DNA of 56,966 nt from positions 1 to 56,966 of the forward strand of contig JBFJCP010000028.1 in assembly GCA_041615815.1 (NCBI GenBank), given 5' to 3'. Below the pieces are notes generated by a model. It did no database searches. It worked only from the letters and a program-made list of their open reading frames with translations, and had not been told where the DNA came from. Source of the DNA: Gemmatimonadales bacterium (lineage in GTDB: Bacteria > Gemmatimonadota > Gemmatimonadetes > Gemmatimonadales > GWC2-71-9). The translations under genes and the position numbers were made by a program. Each line of letters starts with the position of its first letter. Within the stretch, counting starts at the first letter, position 1. Shown here one piece after another: positions 44,555 through 54,129 of the stretch.

Positions 44555-46575
44555 TGCGTCAGTGGATCGTGTTCTGGCTTCTTCTCACCGCGGCGACGCC
44601 CGCGCCAGCCGCCGCAGAGGTGGTGCGGGTTATCGTCGACCGCCGAGAGGACGTGCTCCGTGGTCGTTCCTTCGGCACCACGGGTCCGTACGAGAAGATC
44701 GTCGGGCGCGTCTACTTCGCGTTTGATCCCCAGCACCAGACGAACCTTCGTATCGTGGACATCGCCCTAGCACCCCGGAACAGCCAGGGGCGGGTGGAGG
44801 CGTGGGCGAACTTCATGATCCTGCGACCGAAGTTCCCCCCTCGTGGTGGAGGCGTCGCCCTGCTCGAAGTGAGCGAGCGAGGGGGAAAGACGTCGTTGGC
44901 GACCTTCAACGGCGCACTGCCGAACCTCGATCCCACCGACCCCGAGCACTTCGGTGACGGCCTCCTGATGCGGATGGGGGTCACCGTCATCTGGGTGGGA
45001 TGGCAGCACGACGTCCCGCCGCGGCCGGGGCTCATGCGTCTCCACGTCCCCGTCGCCACCGAGAATGGCGAGCCGCTGTTCGGGCTTGCTCGGGCGGACT
45101 GGACCGTGGACGTGGGTGCGACCACCCTTCCCTTGGCCCATCGCGACCACCTGGCCTACCCGGTGGCCGATCCGGACGACCCGGAGAACGTGTTGACGGT
45201 GCGAAATGGCAGACTGGCGCTGCGTCGCCCCGTCCCACGTTCCGCCTGGCAGTTTGCGCGGGAAGAACGGGGTTCGGTGGTGTCGGACAGCGTCAGTATC
45301 TACATGCCATCGGGGTTCGAGACCGGTCGCATCTATGAGCTGGTGTACCGCGTGCGCGATCCCCGGCTTGCCGGGCTCGGCCTGGCCGCCATCCGGGACA
45401 TGATGTCGTATGCCAAGTACGACTCCTCGGCCGTCTTCCCTGTGCAATTCGGGGTGGCGTTCGGTGCAGCGCAAGCCGGCAGATTTCTCAGACACTGGCT
45501 GTACGAGGGCTTCAACACGGACGAGCACGGACGCGAAGTCTTCGACGGCCTTTTCATTCACTCCGCCGGCGCAGGACGTGGAAGCTTCAACCACCGCTTT
45601 GCCCAACCCTCACGCGGGGCCCATCGCTACTCGTCGTTCTTCTATCCGACGGATCTCTTCCCGTTCACGAGTCGCACGCTGACCGACTCGATCAGTGGTA
45701 TCACCGATGGCCTGTTGGCGCGCCAGCACGATCCGGCCCACGTCCCCAAGATCTTCTACACGAATACCGGCTACGAGTACTGGGGACGAGCCGCCTCGCT
45801 GATTCACACTTCGGTGGACGGGCGCACGGACGTCGAGCCGTTTCCCAATGAACGGATCTACCACTTGGCGAGCGCGCAGCACCTGGTGAGTCGGCGCTTT
45901 CCACCCACGTTGGCGGACCGAATGCCTGGGAGTCCAGGCTTTCGTGGCAACCCGTTGAACTACCTCCCCACGCTCCGGGCGTTGCTCCTCAGGATGGTCG
46001 AGTGGGTGCGGGACGGGACCGAGCCTCCGCCCAGCGCACATCCGCGGATCGACGTCGGTACGCTCACCACGCTCAACGGCCTCAAGTTCCCCGAACTCCT
46101 CGCGGTCCGTCCACCCCGTGTCGTGCACCAGGCGTATCGCGTCGACTACGGACCGCGATGGTCCGAGGGCGTCATCGACTTCCAGCCTCCCGTCCTCGGC
46201 GATCCGTTTCCGAGCCTTGTTCCTCAGGTCGACGAGTATGGCAACGAACGGGGTGGCATCCCTTCCGTCGAAACCCTCGCGCCGCTCGCTACCTACGCCC
46301 CGTGGAATCTTCGATTGGAGTTTCGCGGAGGTCGCGAAGAGCTCACGGATTATCTCGGCACGTACATTCCCTTGTCCCGATCCGAAGTGGAACGCCGGGC
46401 CAGTACGGATCCCCGCCCGAGCATCGAAACGCTGTACGCCGATAAGACCGAGTATCTCGAAGTCGCCGCGGAAGCGGCCCGCTCTCTCCTGGCCGAAGGG
46501 TGGCTGCTCGAAGAGGACCTGCCCGCCGTGTTGGGCCGCGCGGAACAGCATTGGGACTGGTTGACCGGGCGCTAG
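44554..46575 (+). CDS. Secreted alpha/beta-hydrolase domain protein (Abhydrolase_10/tannase-like), apparently lacking the nucleophile Ser
   Basis: Signal peptide; G.YEK..G..YF..DP; VGWQ.D; GLGLAAIRD; GAAQAGRFLR; GFNTDE.GR.VFDG; EYWGR.ASL; VD..GNE.GG; RPSIE.LY. Confidence 0.8.
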   Translation: MRQWIVFWLLLTAATPAPAAAEVVRVIVDRREDVLRGRSFGTTGPYEKIVGRVYFAFDPQHQTNLRIVDIALAPRNSQGRVEAWANFMILRPKFPPRGGGVALLEVSERGGKTSLATFNGALPNLDPTDPEHFGDGLLMRMGVTVIWVGWQHDVPPRPGLMRLHVPVATENGEPLFGLARADWTVDVGATTLPLAHRDHLAYPVADPDDPENVLTVRNGRLALRRPVPRSAWQFAREERGSVVSDSVSIYMPSGFETGRIYELVYRVRDPRLAGLGLAAIRDMMSYAKYDSSAVFPVQFGVAFGAAQAGRFLRHWLYEGFNTDEHGREVFDGLFIHSAGAGRGSFNHRFAQPSRGAHRYSSFFYPTDLFPFTSRTLTDSISGITDGLLARQHDPAHVPKIFYTNTGYEYWGRAASLIHTSVDGRTDVEPFPNERIYHLASAQHLVSRRFPPTLADRMPGSPGFRGNPLNYLPTLRALLLRMVEWVRDGTEPPPSAHPRIDVGTLTTLNGLKFPELLAVRPPRVVHQAYRVDYGPRWSEGVIDFQPPVLGDPFPSLVPQVDEYGNERGGIPSVETLAPLATYAPWNLRLEFRGGREELTDYLGTYIPLSRSEVERRASTDPRPSIETLYADKTEYLEVAAEAARSLLAEGWLLEEDLPAVLGRAEQHWDWLTGR

Positions 46576-46707
46576 GGACGCAGAAGTAGGAAGGCGGCAC
46601 CGCAGTCCAACAGCTCAACGCCCCACCCCCCTGTCGCGTCACTGTGACCAGCGAGATGCTCCCACCTCCCTTTGAAAACTCATGGAATTCCGTGGTTTTA
46701 GTCGCCC

Positions 46708-46723
46708 TGTGACCTGCGTCACG
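46708..46723. promoter_or_regulatory. CRP/FNR-family-like binding site
   Basis: TGTGA-CCTGCG-TCACG versus consensus TGTGA-N6-TCACA, about 110 nt upstream of the gene at 46832. Confidence 0.4.
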
Positions 46724-46831
46724 GTCCCTTGCCCGGTTTGGCTGCAGGCTGTGTCGGTCTGCATCGGAGACCCTGTCTGACGCGCCCGCTCCGATGCCCA
46801 TTCTGAGATTCCTCGAGAGGAGTGGGCTTCT

Positions 46832-48103
46832 ATGTTCGAATCACTCCGTGGGTTCGTTCCCGCCGAATGGCAGGGCGCGTTCGCACTGTTGACCGCGCCG
46901 GTGGCGTGGGTTCCCGAATGGCACATGCGAATGGTGAATTTCGCCTGGTTTGGCGAAACGACCCTCGAGATCGTCTTCAAACGGACGGCGATACTGCTCC
47001 CGATGTTTCTCGTGATCGTCGCCGTGTGGGCGACGATGACGTCCTTGTACACCCTTCCGTTCCGGGCACGACGGGCACGCTTCCTGACGACCCTTACTCT
47101 CACCTGGTGGGAGGCTAGTCGAAGCATCTGGCTCTACTGGGCCGGGATGGTGCGTCTGGGTGTCTTGCTCGTCGGGTGGTTCTGGGAGCTGCTACGCCTT
47201 GGATTCCGCCTGGCCGGTACGGCGATCAGAAGCGTGATGCGATCGCCGATGACGGCGCTCGACTGGACCTCGCGCAACTACTTCAAGCCGGGGGTCCCGT
47301 GGGTCGCATTCCTGGCGCTGATGCTCTGGTGCGCCGTCGAGTCGACCATCTTCATGTACACGTTGAGCCCGACACTCACCGAGGTCTTGGCGGGGATTAC
47401 GGGCTTCGAGCCCAATCCGCTGCTGATGGCGCCGATTCTCTGGCTCTTTCTCTACCTCCTGATCCTCGGAAGCTTCGCCTGTATCCACGTGTTGGCGGAG
47501 GCCGTTCGGGCACGCCGGATCACCGAGATCATTCAGATGACCTTCGTCGAACTCTTCGTGATGTTCTTCGAAGTGCTGTTCCTGTATCGGGAGATGGTGG
47601 ACGCGGTGACACCCTGGATCGCGCAGACCACGTCCGAGTCCGTGCGGCTCGGGCTGGTATCCACGCTCCTGCTCGCCTCCTTCGGGTGGATCGGCGTCCG
47701 TGGCATGACGTGGTTCCTCTTTGGACGGTTCGGGACCCCGGCCGTGCTGGCCATCCTCGCCCGCGACACTATTAAGCGGGACGAACCTGTGGCCGCTGGT
47801 GTGCCGATGCCGGCTACCCCAGCGCCGTGGCGCGAGGCTCTCGAGGCGCTCAAAGGCGAAATCGACTTCTTCAAGAAGGAAGCCCGCTACGCGTTCGAAC
47901 TGCTCACGCTGCCAGTACTACAGCTGCTAGCTTCGGCGGTGAACGCCGTCGTGGTGGTGGTGCTCTCCCGACCCATGTTCACCCTGCCGTTCAAGAGCCT
48001 GAGTCAGGCCCTGGCCGCGACGCCCAAGTGGCCCAAGGCCAGCGAAAAAGCTGCAGCGGCTGCCGACCTGGAGCCGCTGCCTCAAACCGGGGGTGTCCAA
48101 TGA
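46832..48103 (+). CDS. Hypothetical multi-pass membrane protein
   Basis: GAGGAG SD; roughly 7-8 hydrophobic, Trp-rich segments; no family motif I recognise; ATGA coupling to the next gene. Confidence 0.8.
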   Translation: MFESLRGFVPAEWQGAFALLTAPVAWVPEWHMRMVNFAWFGETTLEIVFKRTAILLPMFLVIVAVWATMTSLYTLPFRARRARFLTTLTLTWWEASRSIWLYWAGMVRLGVLLVGWFWELLRLGFRLAGTAIRSVMRSPMTALDWTSRNYFKPGVPWVAFLALMLWCAVESTIFMYTLSPTLTEVLAGITGFEPNPLLMAPILWLFLYLLILGSFACIHVLAEAVRARRITEIIQMTFVELFVMFFEVLFLYREMVDAVTPWIAQTTSESVRLGLVSTLLLASFGWIGVRGMTWFLFGRFGTPAVLAILARDTIKRDEPVAAGVPMPATPAPWREALEALKGEIDFFKKEARYAFELLTLPVLQLLASAVNAVVVVVLSRPMFTLPFKSLSQALAATPKWPKASEKAAAAADLEPLPQTGGVQ

Positions 48104-48858
48104 TGCCGCGCCGAGTGACGTCGTGGCTTCTCGTCGGGTGCCTCGGCCTCACGGCGTGTGGCGTTCCCGCCGAACGACGCGGACCGCCACGATCCACCTT
48201 AGTGATCGCGGTCGACGTGAGTGGATCGTTCCGCGGACAGTACGACGACGCGATCGATTTCGCCGCGCACTATCTGTACGGTCACCTCAACGGCCTCGGG
48301 GACCTGCGGGTGCCGTCGGCGGTGTTCGTGGGGTCGGTGGGCGGTGACCGTCCGGGCCAGGCAAAATCCTACCAGCCCGTGCACGCGTTTCAGGGGAAGT
48401 CGGTTGAGGAGATCAATGCCCAGCTCCGCGAGCTCTTCCCGCCGGAGGACTCCTTCACCGATTTCAACGCGTTCTTCGACCGCGTGGCCACCCTGGTCAA
48501 GCGCCAGGGGCTGATCCTCGCACCGCTGGACATCGTCATCCTGAGTGACGGTATCCAGGACGTGACCGGAAACGCCGACGTCGATCGGGGCGGTGCGGTG
48601 ACACAGATCGACCTCACACCACTCGAGTACCTCTCCCGCAGTGTGACGGTTCGGCTGCTGTACGCTTCACCCACCGTAGCCGTGAACTGGGAGCGCAGGA
48701 TCGATCGCGGCCGAGTCCGCATGTGGACCGTGGATGCCCCCGTCATGCGGGGCTGGCGCGAGCAGCTGCGAGCGGACGCCACGGTCGACACCCAAGACGC
48801 GCTGTGGAAGTGGGTGGGAGATAACGTCGACTTCCGCGTCAGGAGCCGTCGGCTCTAG
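48100..48858 (+). CDS. vWA-domain lipoprotein
   Basis: Lipobox LTAC; MIDAS elements VIAVDVSGS, FTDF, IVILSDG. Confidence 0.78.
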   Translation: MMPRRVTSWLLVGCLGLTACGVPAERRGPPRSTLVIAVDVSGSFRGQYDDAIDFAAHYLYGHLNGLGDLRVPSAVFVGSVGGDRPGQAKSYQPVHAFQGKSVEEINAQLRELFPPEDSFTDFNAFFDRVATLVKRQGLILAPLDIVILSDGIQDVTGNADVDRGGAVTQIDLTPLEYLSRSVTVRLLYASPTVAVNWERRIDRGRVRMWTVDAPVMRGWREQLRADATVDTQDALWKWVGDNVDFRVRSRRL

Positions 48859-48880
48859 TACCGCGACGCACAAGGACAGG

Positions 48881-48956
48881 GGCGGGTAGTCCATCAGTCT
48901 CGGGCGGAATCCTCTCCGTTCCGGTGGCTGAGGGCTCTGGGCTACCCGTCTTTTTT
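48881..48956 (+). terminator. Long-stem intrinsic terminator
   Basis: GGCGGGTAGTCCA...TGGGCTACCCGTC basal stem (two G-U pairs) followed by TTTTTT; inner stems TCAGTC/GGCTGA and CGGAA/TTCCG. Confidence 0.75.
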
Positions 48957-48989
48957 CATTAGGCGATCGCCGACTTCTCCGCCGCCCAG

Positions 48990-49440
48990 TCAGCGTCCGA
49001 GTACCTCACGGAAGAACGTGACGGTTCGTTCCCAGGCCCGCCGGGTCGCCGCCAGGTTGGCCCCGTCGCGACCATCTTGGGCCAGCAGAAAGCCGTGTCC
49101 CGCCCCGTCGTACATCTCGACGTCGTACCGTTTCTCGAGGCGCTGCATCCGATCCTGCGCTCTCGCGATCGTCGCATTCACCGGAGCGTCATCTCCCCCG
49201 TAGAGGCCCAGCAGGGCAGCGGAAACGTTTACGTACCCAGCCTCCGGAGAAGAGCCGTAGTACACGACGGCCCCACGGAGCCCGGGCTGTCGGGTCGCGT
49301 ATAAGAAGCTGGTGCTGCCGCGCCAACAAAAACCCATGACCCCGTAGACATCACGGGCCGCAGCGAGCCCGGTGGCGTATCTCGCCGCGCCATCGAGCGG
49401 CGCACCACCTCGTCACGATCCAGGTCACGAGTGGCACGAC
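48990..49440 (-). pseudogene. Dienelactone hydrolase family remnant (5' truncated, frameshifted)
   Basis: C-terminal half recognisable (AVVYYG, LGLYGGDD, Y.GAGHGF, AW.RT..FF); nucleophile motif GFCWRG instead of GFCWGG; upstream ATRDLDRDEVVRR lies in another frame (shift near 49397); N-terminal half absent. Confidence 0.75.
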
Positions 49441-49530
49441 GCCTCGGGGCGTTGCGACGGTCTCGTACGCCCCTGGGGTGAGACGAGAAACCGCCCGCGG
49501 GCTCGGCACGGCCCGCCCGGCGCCCATGCA

Positions 49531-52500
49531 TCAGGGAGTCCGGCGTTCGGGCGAGAGTTGAAGCATTCGTTGGCGCGCTTCCTCGACACGTTGCCCCAGC
49601 TCGGGATCGGCGTTCTGCCAGAGGTCGATGAAGCGGCTGTAATACTCGATCGCCTTTTCGGTGTCACCGCGCTGCTCGTATAGCTGTCCGAGACGCTCGA
49701 GCGTGGGACCCTTCGCAAACCAGTCGGACCCGACGCGGCCAAACCACGGGGTCGACAGATAGCGTTCGAAGACCGCGATGGTGGAATCGGTGTTGCCGGC
49801 GCGGTCGTACGCCATGCCGTACAGCGGGAGCACGCAAATCGGGCAGCCCCGCTGGTCCGCATCCCGGAATTCCCGGATGGCGTCGGCTGGCCGGTCGTCG
49901 GCGATGGCGATGAGGCCCGACATCACGTGGCGATCGTCCTCAGCTCCCCGGCGGAGTTCCGGATCGACCGCTTGCTCGAATTCCTGCCACACCGCACGCG
50001 CGCGTTCGGGCTCGTCAGCGAACACGTAGAACATCGCGAGCAACGAATACGGCCGGTTGAGCGGCGCGATCGACGCCAGCGGATGCTCGCGGAGCGCGGC
50101 ATTCACCGTGGCCTTCCCCCGATCCGGCTCCCCCCGGAGCCATGCGTCGATGATGCCGACTTGGAGCTCACCGTTCAACGAAACGTTGGGCACACCCAGC
50201 GCGGTCGCCATCCGGACGGCCTCACGAACGTATTCCTCCCCTTCGGCGAGTCGTCCGCGGACGAGCGCCAGAACGGCAAGCTGATTGTACGCCGTCAGGA
50301 GGATCGTCGGATTCCCGCGACCGGTGTCCAGGAGGTCCCGAGCGCTCTGCTCGGCGGTCTCATACTCACCGATGGACGCGAGCAACGTCACTTCCACCGT
50401 ATTCACGGCGGGATGGGTCTGGAACCGCTGGGCGAACTGCTCGTACGTGGCGCGAGCCGCCTCGATTTGGCCCGCCGCCGTCTGCGCACTGACGAGGCCG
50501 ATGTAGCTGTTCGGGGATGATGCGTCCGCGGCAATCGCGCGCTGGAAGAGATCGGACGCTTCCTCGAAACGGCGCAGGTCCGACTTGAGAACGGCCAGAT
50601 TGTTGAGACCCGAGTAGTCCGCTGGGAACAGCTCGAGGAGCGTCTCGTAGGCATCCACCGCCTTCTCCGGCTCCTGCGTCAGCGTGCTGTAGTACGTCCC
50701 CAGGGTCAGGTACCGCTCCCGATCCGTCAGGCGATCGCGGTGCGCGAACGCTTTTTCGAGGGCGGCCACCTGTTCGACCCGGTCGAACGCGACCACACCC
50801 AGCTTCCGATACGCCATGCCGAACGCCGTGTCGAGTTGCACCGCTTCTTGCAGCAGCGTGCGACCGCGCGTCACGTCCGCCTCGTCGATGGCTCGCAGTG
50901 CCTGAGAGTACCGTTGGAGCGCGTCGAGTGAGCCCGTGGTCACCTGCGCCAAGGGCTCGCTCGCCCGAAGCGTCTTGAGGGATTCGCCGATCCGCTCTCG
51001 CAGCTTCTTGGACAATCGATCGATGGCCTGGATCACATCGCCGCTACCCGATGCCGTCTCCCGAAGGGCCACCAACGTGGTCCCCTGCTTCGGATCGATC
51101 AACCGAGTTGTGAGAACGAACCCGTCTCCGGCCGGCGTGATTTCCCCTTGAATGACCGCCGTGATTCCTTCCCGTACCGCAATCTCGTTGGCCAACTCGG
51201 CATCGATCGGCGTGTTCGGGGCCCGTTGCATCCGCGCGAGCACCGTTCGCAGATATTGGGGCTCGAGCACCTGCACGATCTGGGACTGCGCGAGATCGAC
51301 GCGCAACGCCTCGGTCACGGCCTGTGCCAGCAGCGAATCGCTGGTACGGTTGTGCATATCCGCCAGCAGCACCCGCTGACCGCGATCGATGACCCCACTG
51401 GCCACGAGCGTTCCCACCGGACCGATCCCCAGCGTTCGCATGGCCGCATAACCACTCACGACGGCGGCCCACACGCCCGCGGCCACCGCACCTGCTCGCA
51501 CCACGCGGGGCCAGGTCAGCCAGGCCGGTGGCCCCGAGGCACGGCGCTCGAGTGCCGCCGCTCCTACGACGATCGGAAGGCCAAGCGTCAGGAGCGCTCC
51601 CATTCCGAGCATCGTCCACTCTGGAAGGCCCAGCAATAGCAGGAGCGCCCGCGTGAGCGCGAGCACCAGTACTGCGCCCATGAAGTAGAGACCCACCACA
51701 CCGAGCACCCCCACCCGTTCCGCGAGCGAGGGTGCCACGCCCACGTCGCCGCCAAGTTGGTCTACGAACGCCTGGGCCGTCGCCGGTCGCTCGCCGGGAT
51801 CCTGGGCGAACGCCTGAGTGAGGCCCCGCGTCGATGCGCTGGAGAGCTTGCCGCGCAGGGTGGCGACCTTGGGGACGGGATCGCTGAACCTCGCCGCCAT
51901 CACCGCTTGCGCTGTTGGCCCTTCGAATGGTGGCTCGCCAGAAAGCATCTCGTACACGACACAAGCCAAGCTGTAGATGTCACTCCGCCCATCCAGGTCC
52001 TGACTCCCCACCACCTGCTCAGGACTCATGTACGCCGGGGTTCCCACGGCCATTCCCGTCTGTGTGAGCCCCTCACCACCCGATACGGTGATCGCGCGGG
52101 CGATGCCAAAATCTGCCACGACGGCATGCCCACCCGAGAGGAGAATGTTTTCCGGCTTGATGTCGCGATGCACGATGCCGCGTTCGTGGGCGTAATGGAG
52201 GGCGCTGCCAACCTCCCGCGCAATCTGTAGTGCCTCCGCCGCCGGCAAGGATCCGTCACGTCGGATGCGATCCCGCAGGGACTCCCCCTCCACATACGGC
52301 ATCACGTAATAGAGCAGCCCATCCGCTTCCCCCGAATCATGCAGGGGGAGAACATGGGGATGATTCAGCTTCGCTGCGGTCTGGATCTCCAACAGGAAGC
52401 GTTCCGAGCCAAGGGAGGCACCGATTTCCGGTCGGAGAACCTTGATGGCAACCTCACGGTCGTGCTTTCGGTCGCGGGCGAGGTAGACGATCGCCATGCC

Positions 52501-52575
52501 ACCACGCCCCAGCTCCCGATCGAGGACGTAGCGTTCGCCAAGCGCGGCTTGGAGTCGTGGCTCGAGATCTACCAT
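49531..52575 (-). CDS. Ser/Thr protein kinase with 3 TM segments, TolB-like domain and TPR repeats
   Basis: LGRGGMAIVY, VAIK, HRDIKPEN, DFG, GTPAYMSPE; three hydrophobic helices; TPR-like C-terminus ending FIDLWQNADPEL. Confidence 0.93.
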   Translation of the reverse strand: MVDLEPRLQAALGERYVLDRELGRGGMAIVYLARDRKHDREVAIKVLRPEIGASLGSERFLLEIQTAAKLNHPHVLPLHDSGEADGLLYYVMPYVEGESLRDRIRRDGSLPAAEALQIAREVGSALHYAHERGIVHRDIKPENILLSGGHAVVADFGIARAITVSGGEGLTQTGMAVGTPAYMSPEQVVGSQDLDGRSDIYSLACVVYEMLSGEPPFEGPTAQAVMAARFSDPVPKVATLRGKLSSASTRGLTQAFAQDPGERPATAQAFVDQLGGDVGVAPSLAERVGVLGVVGLYFMGAVLVLALTRALLLLLGLPEWTMLGMGALLTLGLPIVVGAAALERRASGPPAWLTWPRVVRAGAVAAGVWAAVVSGYAAMRTLGIGPVGTLVASGVIDRGQRVLLADMHNRTSDSLLAQAVTEALRVDLAQSQIVQVLEPQYLRTVLARMQRAPNTPIDAELANEIAVREGITAVIQGEITPAGDGFVLTTRLIDPKQGTTLVALRETASGSGDVIQAIDRLSKKLRERIGESLKTLRASEPLAQVTTGSLDALQRYSQALRAIDEADVTRGRTLLQEAVQLDTAFGMAYRKLGVVAFDRVEQVAALEKAFAHRDRLTDRERYLTLGTYYSTLTQEPEKAVDAYETLLELFPADYSGLNNLAVLKSDLRRFEEASDLFQRAIAADASSPNSYIGLVSAQTAAGQIEAARATYEQFAQRFQTHPAVNTVEVTLLASIGEYETAEQSARDLLDTGRGNPTILLTAYNQLAVLALVRGRLAEGEEYVREAVRMATALGVPNVSLNGELQVGIIDAWLRGEPDRGKATVNAALREHPLASIAPLNRPYSLLAMFYVFADEPERARAVWQEFEQAVDPELRRGAEDDRHVMSGLIAIADDRPADAIREFRDADQRGCPICVLPLYGMAYDRAGNTDSTIAVFERYLSTPWFGRVGSDWFAKGPTLERLGQLYEQRGDTEKAIEYYSRFIDLWQNADPELGQRVEEARQRMLQLSPERRTP

Positions 52576-52653
52576 CAGTACTCACATGCAACAGGGCTGT
52601 GGGGGTCTCCAATCATCGCCCCCTCCGCGAAGAGAAGGAACCCCTCGCGGCAA

Positions 52654-54111
52654 TCACAGCATCGGCTGGAAGAGATAGAAGAATTTCTCGATCAGCTGTC
52701 GCGCGACGGGTCGCGCGAGATAGGGACCAAGCCGCACCTCCTCACTCAGGGACATCTCGGCCTCGATCTGCCGCCCGACGGTTTCGACGAACCCGGCATC
52801 GGCCGCTTCGATATTGGTCTCGAAGTTGAGATGGAGACTCCGATAGTCCAGGTTCGCGGATCCCAACATGGCATACACCCCGTCCACCACCAACGCCTTG
52901 GCATGCATGAATGGGGGAGGGCGCTCGAAGATCCGCGCCCCGGCACGCAGGAGCTGCCCATACAGACTCCGCGCCGCGAACTCGGCGTAGCGATGGTTAC
53001 TCACCTTCGGGAGGACGATGCGCACATCGACACCACGTATCGCAGCGAAGCGAAGTGCCTGCAAGATCGGCTCGTCCGGAACGAAGTACGGCGTGACAAT
53101 CCAGAGCGAGCGCTCCGCACTCACGATGGCGCCGAAGAACGTATCCGCAATCATCGTCCCCTCCCGCTCCGGCCCCCCGGGGACCACCTGCACGAGCCCC
53201 TCGCCGGTCACCTGCTGGTCGGGAAAGCACTCCGGGCTGAGCAATCGCTCCGGTGACTCTCGGGTGGCAAAGAACCAATCCTTGACGAACACGAACTGCA
53301 GATCCGACACCGCGGGACCGGAAAATCGCACGTGATAGTCCCGAATGGGGGAGCCGCGGCGGGCGTACCCACTGCGATTTGCATCATGTATGTTGATACC
53401 GCCCACGTACCCCACATGCCCGTCGATGATCGCAGCCTTCCGATGATTCCGCAGATTGATCTGAAAGCGTCCCTTCAAAGGATTGGCCTGGGTGATCGAT
53501 CGAACGCTCACGCCGGCCCTCCGCGCCCGTTCGAAAAACCTGGTGTAATGCGCGATGGAAGACCCAAAACGATCGTACAGGAGACGGACTGCCACTCCCG
53601 CGCGCGCGCGCGCGACGAGCAGGTCGACGAGCTCTCGGCCCGTTCGGTCGCGTCGCACGATATAGGTCTGGAGATGGATAGAGGATGTGGCGGCTTCGAT
53701 GTCTGCGAACAACCGCGGGAAAAACTCGTCACCGTCGACGAGGAGTTCGAGACGATGACCGCGGAGCACACGATAGGGCTGCACGGCGGGATCCGTGGCC
53801 CGAAAGACCCGCGCCGACGGGTGGTCGAGCACATCAGTGTGGGATTCCGGAACCGCGAGCCCGTCGAAGGTAGGGTGGAGCGCCGCCCGACGTTCGAAGA
53901 GTTGGTTCGATGCCGCACGCACCTGGGCCCCGCGCCGTACGCGATCCATCCCAAAGGTGATGTACGCGAGGCTGCCGATGAACGGAAGTGCCCAGACCAG
54001 GCCGAGCCACAGCACTGCCGAAACCGGCCGGCTCTTATTCAACAGGATGTCGAACGAGAGGGTGGCACCCAGAACCAGGTGCCCAATGCCGACTAACCCG
54101 AGATCACCCAT
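52654..54111 (-). CDS. cls: Cardiolipin synthase (phospholipase D family)
   Basis: N-terminal two-TM region; two HKD motifs RNHRKAAIIDG and MHAKALVVDG; TPYFVPD; GSANLD.RS..LNFE. Confidence 0.9.
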   Translation of the reverse strand: MGDLGLVGIGHLVLGATLSFDILLNKSRPVSAVLWLGLVWALPFIGSLAYITFGMDRVRRGAQVRAASNQLFERRAALHPTFDGLAVPESHTDVLDHPSARVFRATDPAVQPYRVLRGHRLELLVDGDEFFPRLFADIEAATSSIHLQTYIVRRDRTGRELVDLLVARARAGVAVRLLYDRFGSSIAHYTRFFERARRAGVSVRSITQANPLKGRFQINLRNHRKAAIIDGHVGYVGGINIHDANRSGYARRGSPIRDYHVRFSGPAVSDLQFVFVKDWFFATRESPERLLSPECFPDQQVTGEGLVQVVPGGPEREGTMIADTFFGAIVSAERSLWIVTPYFVPDEPILQALRFAAIRGVDVRIVLPKVSNHRYAEFAARSLYGQLLRAGARIFERPPPFMHAKALVVDGVYAMLGSANLDYRSLHLNFETNIEAADAGFVETVGRQIEAEMSLSEEVRLGPYLARPVARQLIEKFFYLFQPML

Positions 54112-54129
54112 GGAGGAACGAAAGCAGGC

